This document shows, one piece after another, positions 57,654-64,000 of a stretch of DNA of 64,000 nucleotides. Position 1 is the stretch's first letter, and each line of letters opens with the position of its first letter. Both the position numbers and the translations under genes were made by a program. Origin of the DNA: an uncultured virus (IMG/VR IMGVR_UViG_3300042294_002635). Taxonomy: Duplodnaviria > Heunggongvirae > Uroviricota > Caudoviricetes. The DNA is taken from IMG/VR virus record IMGVR_UViG_3300042294_002635. The stretch is one strand, 5' to 3'. The notes under the pieces were generated by a model that saw only the letters and a program-made list of their open reading frames with translations, was not told the origin of the DNA and did not search any database.

Positions 57654-60600
57654 ATGGCAACTTTTTCTTTCGGCACCGGTATCGTCCCCGGAGCACCAGG
57701 TACATATATCAACGAGCGTGTTGGAAATGTAGCTTCCACAGGTATTGCCTCGTTCAACACAACTTACATGTTGGTTGAAACTGAGGAAGACGTCACTGTC
57801 GCACGTTTCCCTTTCAACACACCAGTTCCAGTATCTTCACTAACCGACTACAAAGCCTTGGTAGGGAAAGTTCCCGAAACTCGTATTCCCCTCCTTAGCT
57901 ACAACTGTGTGAATGCATTCTTTTTGAATGCGCAAGTTGGCGATCTTCGAGTCGTTCGTGTTGGAACTCCAAACCAGATTGTAGAAATAGAGATTCTTCC
58001 GTCGGGCTCCAAGATTAGTAGCACCGGCATTCCATCTACCCTTAAAGCTGGCGACGTAGTTTATGCTCAGCTTATTTTAAACGGGTTGAAGCTTGTTGCT
58101 GGAGACGGCTCAAACGGATACACATCCGAAGGGGAATGGCTCGGCGTGCCAACAGTAATTCCTGTTGATTACATTTCCGGTGACAAGGTCAATAACCGCA
58201 AAATTTCTGCCGCAATTTCAAGCTCAATCGCCGCAGCTATTCAAAGTAACCCAAGTGTAAGCAGTGCCATATTCGTTCGTGACTCGGGCCTCGCAAACGA
58301 TTTGCTCCCTTCTTCAAACTCGGAAAGCGGCTACGTAACAATTGCAGCAGCCACCTACGACGGGAGTGTTTCCGTAATAACCGAGCAGCTGCCAGTTGGA
58401 GCGCAAAAGGTCTTAATGCAGACCGCGTATAATATTCAAAATGTCGTTGGCCTTCAAAACAATCTTGAGCGAGTTCCTCAGGATTACGTTCAGTGTATTA
58501 ACACTGCCTTTGACGGACAAGCAAACCAAGGGTACCTTGTAACTCCCACCGCGTACGCTCAGTTCGACGCCGAAGGCCGGTCTCTAGTTGGAGCAGCAGC
58601 TGCCGCACACTGCCAGGACAACAACTTTAAGTGGATGGCCGCAGCAGACCCAGGCTCCTTCCTTGTTACCGACGTAAACAAGTACAAAGAGTACACTCCG
58701 CATCAGCCCGCAGAAGACCTTGTAACCGACAACCTATACCTGGTTGATAACGCCATCTATCAGTGGAAGGGTGAAGAAGTAACATACGACCGTCTAAAAC
58801 ACCAGACCCTAGTTCCCGGCTACGACCCTAAGGTTGCTGTTCAGTCGTCAGTGGAGGGAGTAGCGGAGGGCGAAACTGTTGGCCTCCTAGACTTAGCCAA
58901 GTTCACAGTCACATCCTCTGCCTCTCTAGCCAACCGGGGAGTCTTCGCCCTGGGGTCAAGCACAGTTTGGCCGGTAGACTACCAGATTCAACGAGTAACA
59001 TTGAGTGGCCTTGGCGCGGATTTTCTGCCCCTACTTCCACTTGGAGAAACCTCAACTGAGGTGTACTTCGTGGCACCCCCACTTTCCAGTGCCCAATACG
59101 GAACGTACCCATCAGACGGACAAGTACAATACGTTTATATCGCACAAACTTCTACTCAAGCTGTGTCAATTCTGGCTGAAGTTACAGCCTTGGGGGGTAC
59201 CAGTGCTGCATTAAACGCACCTTTAACTCCCTCCGGAGCATTCAGTGTTGCATCCCCAACTTCAAGTACAGCTCAAGCGACTTATACCACACCCCAGTGG
59301 GATTTACCTGTAACTATTGAGGGTCAGACCTCAAACTTGATTCACAATCTGACTGGTGCTCCTGCTTTTGTGAACACTCTCCACTTACCTGGAAGCTTAC
59401 AGAACACCACCGATGACTACCGCCTATCCTTTGTAAGCCGCTCACTATTCAACCCCTCAACTGTGCTCTCCTCAAGCACTGTCCCAGGATACACCGGTGC
59501 CGTTTCCTTCGGAGTGACATCTCACAAATTAGTTAACGGACAGAAACTTTTCTTTACTAAGCCCATTCTGGCAGGCGCTGCAACCCTGTTTAAGGCAACA
59601 GTTAGAAACAATCTACAAGCTTATTATGTTAAGGTAATTGACCCCGATAAGTTTGTACTTGCAACTTCTAGCTCCAACTACCTTGCAGGTTCTTACGTTC
59701 CCTATCCTGTTGGGATGGTGAGCATTTCCACGAGTCCCACCATCCTATACACTTCGGTCCTAGGCGGCGGGTTAACTACTGTGAACCTCTCAGAGTTGAG
59801 CGTTGTTCCGCTGGTTCGAGGGAGAAAGTACGGTCTGGCTTCAGGTACAATCGCAGACCGTGCGTACGATCACAACTTGCTCACGGCGAACGACGATCCA
59901 ACTGTATCCCTGTACCTGAACTCAAGTCCCTTAGTTATTGGGTCGGAGCACGTCTACCCGTACGGTGAAACTGCTAACGCGGGGTGGTTACCCTCTTTAG
60001 AACTTGTGGGGCCTGGGGAAACCTCAACGAGTGTTGAGAACTTTCTTTGCACCCCCACTGTGGACCAAAACTTCTCTTCGGAAGCACACATCGTCCCTGT
60101 GATCGATCCGATTTTCGGAGGAAACTTCAGCGCAAGTACCACTGTTGTCCTCGGAAAGCTTGCTTCTGTAACGCCATACGTCACCGCTTGTGGTCTCCTC
60201 GTTGACAGCACTGGAGTTGCAATTCAAGCAGCTCTATCAAAATTGAGCGGAGTTTATTTTAACGTTACGGTTGCACCGGCGAACTCCGTTGCTCCTGACG
60301 GAGTTACACGAGTCGTTGTCGGGGACAGGTTGGCGGTTACATTTGACGGCTCATCCTACAGTTGGGTTGTTGTGCCGGCGAACACCCTTGGCGGTGACTT
60401 GAGCACAGTTTCCACTGTTTGTTACGGTTCACAAGTTGAATTTGCCCTCACTCCTGAACAAACACCAAGCGCAAATCTGTGGAGATTCGAGACCATCACG
60501 TCTACCGAAATTATCGACGAAGCACTTCGTGGAGTTGGATTTGCAGGCGAACCTCAAGCTGTGTTTGTGGAAGCGGGTGTTGACAATGTCAACAGACTAT

Positions 60601-61307
60601 TCGAGGACAGCCAGCGCTACTTCAATGCCTTCGGCTTCATCGCTTTCTACGGCCCATACGTGGAGAACTCGGCAGGACAATTTGTTCCCCCCTCTCCGTA
60701 TGTGACCGGGATCGCAGCTCGCCGTTACCGCTCCGAAGGGTTCCAGTTCCCACCTGCAGGTACCAAGTACCAACTCGCAGACGCTGCTGGCGTTCAAATT
60801 TCTGTAAACTCGGCTCAGCAAAACTTGCTCAACCCTGACGGCTGCAATGTTCTTCGTTCCTTGCCAGGGTACCCTAACACTGCGGTGTTCGTCTGGGGTG
60901 GACGCACTCGAATCAACAAGGCAGTTGCGGATCAGCGTAAGTTCCAATTTGTGAACACTCGTGTGATTCAGAATGTTGTTTACGGTTCCCTTCGCAATGC
61001 TTTCGACAACCAGATCTTCTCGGTTGTTGACGGGTTTGGTATTGTGTTCAATCAAATTGTTTCCATTGGGAACAGCGTTCTGAGCCAGCTTTACCTCTCC
61101 GGTGCACTCTTCGGTGCGAGACCCTCGGACGCATTCCAAGTGATTTGTGACGAGCGCATTAACAGCGGAGACAACCTCGAGAACGGTGTTGTTTTTGTGA
61201 AGGTGTTTGACACCCCCGTACCAACACTGGAAAGAATCGAGGTTGATCTTATTCGCGTCTCTGTTGGCCAAATGAATAGAGAACTTGATTCTCAGGGCCT
61301 AGGTTGA
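57654..61307 (+). CDS. Contractile tail sheath protein with large insertions
   Basis: N-terminal APGTYINE; C-terminal YGPY, VPPSPYVTG, PPAG, LNPDGCNVLR, VWGGRT, FVNTR, GALFG....AFQVICD..N, P...ERI; AGGAGG RBS before ATG 57654. Confidence 0.92.
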   Translation: MATFSFGTGIVPGAPGTYINERVGNVASTGIASFNTTYMLVETEEDVTVARFPFNTPVPVSSLTDYKALVGKVPETRIPLLSYNCVNAFFLNAQVGDLRVVRVGTPNQIVEIEILPSGSKISSTGIPSTLKAGDVVYAQLILNGLKLVAGDGSNGYTSEGEWLGVPTVIPVDYISGDKVNNRKISAAISSSIAAAIQSNPSVSSAIFVRDSGLANDLLPSSNSESGYVTIAAATYDGSVSVITEQLPVGAQKVLMQTAYNIQNVVGLQNNLERVPQDYVQCINTAFDGQANQGYLVTPTAYAQFDAEGRSLVGAAAAAHCQDNNFKWMAAADPGSFLVTDVNKYKEYTPHQPAEDLVTDNLYLVDNAIYQWKGEEVTYDRLKHQTLVPGYDPKVAVQSSVEGVAEGETVGLLDLAKFTVTSSASLANRGVFALGSSTVWPVDYQIQRVTLSGLGADFLPLLPLGETSTEVYFVAPPLSSAQYGTYPSDGQVQYVYIAQTSTQAVSILAEVTALGGTSAALNAPLTPSGAFSVASPTSSTAQATYTTPQWDLPVTIEGQTSNLIHNLTGAPAFVNTLHLPGSLQNTTDDYRLSFVSRSLFNPSTVLSSSTVPGYTGAVSFGVTSHKLVNGQKLFFTKPILAGAATLFKATVRNNLQAYYVKVIDPDKFVLATSSSNYLAGSYVPYPVGMVSISTSPTILYTSVLGGGLTTVNLSELSVVPLVRGRKYGLASGTIADRAYDHNLLTANDDPTVSLYLNSSPLVIGSEHVYPYGETANAGWLPSLELVGPGETSTSVENFLCTPTVDQNFSSEAHIVPVIDPIFGGNFSASTTVVLGKLASVTPYVTACGLLVDSTGVAIQAALSKLSGVYFNVTVAPANSVAPDGVTRVVVGDRLAVTFDGSSYSWVVVPANTLGGDLSTVSTVCYGSQVEFALTPEQTPSANLWRFETITSTEIIDEALRGVGFAGEPQAVFVEAGVDNVNRLFEDSQRYFNAFGFIAFYGPYVENSAGQFVPPSPYVTGIAARRYRSEGFQFPPAGTKYQLADAAGVQISVNSAQQNLLNPDGCNVLRSLPGYPNTAVFVWGGRTRINKAVADQRKFQFVNTRVIQNVVYGSLRNAFDNQIFSVVDGFGIVFNQIVSIGNSVLSQLYLSGALFGARPSDAFQVICDERINSGDNLENGVVFVKVFDTPVPTLERIEVDLIRVSVGQMNRELDSQGLG

Positions 61308-61591
61308 AAATGAGTGAGTTAACAGACAAGGAAGTAAATCTACAGATTCCTGACTCACTCTTTCTTTCACTTACAAGAAAAGCAAAACAGCAGGGTGTCT
61401 CAATTGAGGCACTCTGTGTTTCTTTACTTGAGGGGGAGCAAGTTTTCGTAGAGCCATCCCTCTACCCTTCGATGGGTAATGGGGACTTGCGAACGGAAAT
61501 TCAAAAGCTTATGCAAAGCTCCCTGCCGAAAGACGAGGTGAACAAGCGAGTGCGGAAGTTGGAAGCACAACTCTTAAGGCTAATACGATGA
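61304..61591 (+). CDS. Ribbon-helix-helix DNA-binding protein
   Basis: VNLQIPDSLFLSLTRKAKQQGVSIEALCVSLL. Confidence 0.65.
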   Translation: MKMSELTDKEVNLQIPDSLFLSLTRKAKQQGVSIEALCVSLLEGEQVFVEPSLYPSMGNGDLRTEIQKLMQSSLPKDEVNKRVRKLEAQLLRLIR

Positions 61592-61965
61592 CGGTACCGC
61601 AAACTTTATCACCCTTAGTACGAGGCTTGTCTTACCCGTTGAGGGTGTTGAACGGAAACTTAGCCACAAGTACGGACTATGACTTGAAGACGCAGGAAAT
61701 TCGAAGTGTCGTTGAAACGAGGTTCTTTGAGCGAGTAATGAGGGCGGACTACGGCGTCGGAGACCACACCCTCGACATAATCGACCCCGGACAAATTAAC
61801 TCAGAGTTTCAAAATTCGATACAAACCCATGTGTCCGGGTTGTCGTCCCTCGTTGTGAAGGGGGACTGGGTCACATCGGGAGAAGACGGAGTGTATAAGG
61901 TGTACATAATTTACCAAGTCAACGGAATTCCTCAACCGCCGCTCGAATTCTCCCTCGGAAACTAA
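61588..61965 (+). CDS. Baseplate wedge protein, gp25-like
   Basis: GLSYPL, I.SVVETRFFERVMRADYG. Confidence 0.85.
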   Translation: MTVPQTLSPLVRGLSYPLRVLNGNLATSTDYDLKTQEIRSVVETRFFERVMRADYGVGDHTLDIIDPGQINSEFQNSIQTHVSGLSSLVVKGDWVTSGEDGVYKVYIIYQVNGIPQPPLEFSLGN

Positions 61966-62026
61966 GCGGGTAAAACCTATACAGGAAATAAATGCCGAAA
62001 CCAAACACGTGTGAAAAGAGGTAACT

Positions 62027-63526
62027 TTGGCAAATAGGTTTAAGACAGCTCCGGTACCGAAGGGGGAGATCTCAAGTTATACGAGCGACCCTTATAACTT
62101 ATCCAGTATTTACATGTTTGGGAGCTCTTCTCCCTTTACTGGATCCGGAAATAGCATCGTTCGACCAAGTGACGACCTTCTCATCCAGAAGGGAGGAAAC
62201 CGTGCGCTTTCCGTCTATCAGCGGCTTTTCTTTGACGAGCACGTACAAAGTTCGTTCTCAAAGTTAGTTCAAGAGGTTGTATCGAGACCGTGGTACGTTG
62301 AGGAATACAGCTCAAAGCCTGGCGATACTGCAGTAAGGGACTTCGTAGCAGAAATCCTCGAAGAACTACCCTTAGACGAGATATATAAGGGACTTGCTGA
62401 AGCCCTTATCGTGGGGTTTAGTGTTGGCGAAATAATGTGGAAGAAATCAAAACGCGGGGTGATACCCTTTGACATTAGAATTAGAGACCAGCGCCGATTT
62501 GTTTTCCAAGAAGCGGAAGACTCACAAACGGGCTTCACAATGAGGTGCTTAACTTTCAATCGTATGTTTGAGGGGGTTGAGCTCCCTGCTCGAAAATTCG
62601 TCGTAAATCGCTACTGGACTCAGCACAACGGGGACCCATACGGAACTTCGCTAGGGCGAGTTCTTTACCCTCTGGTAAAGTTCCGGAGAAGAGCCCTTGA
62701 GTCCTACGTTCTCTATGGGGACCGGTACGCAACACCCACAGCTGTTGCGACCGCACCCCTAAGCGCGTCTTCTGCTGAAATTGACACGATTTATGATCAT
62801 ATCTCAAACTTATCTCAGGAAACTGCGCTAATTTTGCCGGATGGGTACAAGCTTGAGTTTGTCAACCCGAGCGGAACTCCGGATGTGTTTAAGGGACTGA
62901 TTGACTATATCGACAAGGAAATTAGCCTCATACTTTGCGGGGAAAACGAGGCTGGGCAAGCTGAGTCTGGATCCAGAGCTTCTTCACAGGTTGCCAACGT
63001 TGTTCGAGTTGTGAAGGCAGCGGAAATTTCCGAAGCGATCTCTCACACTTTGACTCGCACCCTGGTACGATGGATTGTAGACCTTAACTTCGGTGTAGAC
63101 GTTGCAGCGCCAACCCTCACAAGGGAGTTTCGAATTGAGGAGTCTTCTCTCACTGCCACCGACCTGAGTTCCCTTATTGACAAGGGGTACAAACCGCGTA
63201 GGGAGTGGGTTGAGAGGCATTTTCGTATTGAGCTTGAAGACGAAGCTCCTGAGTTCACGACGAAAGAGGAAGAAGGGAATACCACCTATAGCCCTGACGA
63301 GGACGAGGACCTTTACGGATCTATTTTTGGTGCTGACGGAGAGTACCCCGAAGGAAGTCCAGAGGACGAGCCGGAGGGTGGCGACGAGCCAAAGCCGAAG
63401 GAAGAACCATCCGGTGAGCAAACCACGTACAACCCTGAAGAAGACGGAAACCTTTACGACTCAGTGTTCGGGAATGACTTAGAACCCACTGAAGAGGGCA
63501 AAAAGAAGGGTAAAAAACGTATATGA
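62027..63526 (+). CDS. Portal protein, DUF935 (Mu gp29-like)
   Basis: DEHVQS, A...GFSVGEIMW, PYG.SL, DRYATP, IDKEIS..LCG, GSRA...V. Confidence 0.88.
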   Translation: MANRFKTAPVPKGEISSYTSDPYNLSSIYMFGSSSPFTGSGNSIVRPSDDLLIQKGGNRALSVYQRLFFDEHVQSSFSKLVQEVVSRPWYVEEYSSKPGDTAVRDFVAEILEELPLDEIYKGLAEALIVGFSVGEIMWKKSKRGVIPFDIRIRDQRRFVFQEAEDSQTGFTMRCLTFNRMFEGVELPARKFVVNRYWTQHNGDPYGTSLGRVLYPLVKFRRRALESYVLYGDRYATPTAVATAPLSASSAEIDTIYDHISNLSQETALILPDGYKLEFVNPSGTPDVFKGLIDYIDKEISLILCGENEAGQAESGSRASSQVANVVRVVKAAEISEAISHTLTRTLVRWIVDLNFGVDVAAPTLTREFRIEESSLTATDLSSLIDKGYKPRREWVERHFRIELEDEAPEFTTKEEEGNTTYSPDEDEDLYGSIFGADGEYPEGSPEDEPEGGDEPKPKEEPSGEQTTYNPEEDGNLYDSVFGNDLEPTEEGKKKGKKRI

Positions 63527-64000
63527 GTACAACGAGTAGCAAAGTGTTTTCAAAACGTGTTCATGTTTTTACGGCGGGACCCCAGGTTTCTGCTCAGGGC
63601 GTGGAAAGGAACTTCACACCTCAAGACCTTCAGCAAGTTGTTGATTCCTACGACCCCCAAACACATGAGGCACCCCTTGTTATTGGTCATACTGGGGACA
63701 ACGACAGTGTTCCTTCTTTTGGGTGGGTCAAAAAGTTGGTCAGAAGCGGAGAGAAGCTATACGCAGACGTTGACTTCACTGACACTGCTAAAGATTTAGT
63801 GAAAAAAGGGCATTACCGCAAAGTCTCCATATCCTTCTACTCTCCGAACTCTCCAATTAACCCGCATGAGGGACAGTGGAGCGTTCGGCATTTGGCACTT
63901 CTGGGAGCGTCGCCCCCTGCGGTTAAGGGCCTGGAGCCTTTCTCGTTCTCTGAGGAAGGTGACGGAGTGTTCAACTTCGCTTCAACCCTCTCTCCCGAAG
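63523..64000 (+). CDS. Mu-like I protease/scaffold protein, truncated by window end
   Basis: Manual translation: HEAPLVIGH, FGWV, LYADVDF, GHYRKVSISFY, RHLALLGASPPAVKGL; ATGA overlap with portal stop. Confidence 0.88.
   Translation, partial: MSTTSSKVFSKRVHVFTAGPQVSAQGVERNFTPQDLQQVVDSYDPQTHEAPLVIGHTGDNDSVPSFGWVKKLVRSGEKLYADVDFTDTAKDLVKKGHYRKVSISFYSPNSPINPHEGQWSVRHLALLGASPPAVKGLEPFSFSEEGDGVFNFASTLSPE

Noticed and set aside
1..64000. Minus-strand ORFs in the track (e.g. 32758-33420, 48774-49394, 60597-61271)
   Set aside because: They are antisense shadows of well-supported + strand genes and carry no recognisable motifs
1..64000. Stop-codon reassignment
   Set aside because: Long conserved genes are intact in code 11 and end at TAA, TAG and TGA; no suppressor tRNA is seen
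7975..64000. Other CAGCAA hexamers (e.g. near 8015, 12517, 14976, 39784)
   Set aside because: No flanking AGnTA stem or anticodon hairpin; mostly inside coding sequence and expected by chance

Overview
This is 64 kb of a large tailed-phage genome, probably a myovirus. All credible genes lie on the + strand. A cyanobacterial host is inferred from a DUF1517 gene and several small ORFs resembling cyanophage families. Positions 1-47 kb are an accessory/early region of short genes, punctuated by about 20 copies of a conserved promoter-like element (GGCGGTTT box, TTGnnT, about 17 bp often palindromic spacer, TATAGT). This region holds a DUF2828 (TROVE/vWA-like) gene, a tRNA cluster, RNA-repair enzymes, a putative DNA-hypermodification cluster (two TET/JBP oxygenases, a glycosyltransferase, and a HAD/nucleotidyltransferase/kinase trio), an M.HindIII-like methyltransferase and several orphan antitoxin fragments. 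Positions 47-54 kb are replication genes (type IIA topoisomerase A subunit, Pol-gamma-like family A polymerase). Positions 55-64 kb are virion genes (frameshifted tail chaperone, very large tail sheath, gp25-like baseplate protein, DUF935 portal, Mu-like protease), most preceded by GGGTAAA. The most striking signal is a family of stem + CAGC(A/G)A + anticodon-hairpin RNA modules near the DUF2828 gene. One is free-standing and two are grafted, circularly permuted, into tRNA anticodon arms. All protein family calls come from motif recognition by eye; no searches were run.
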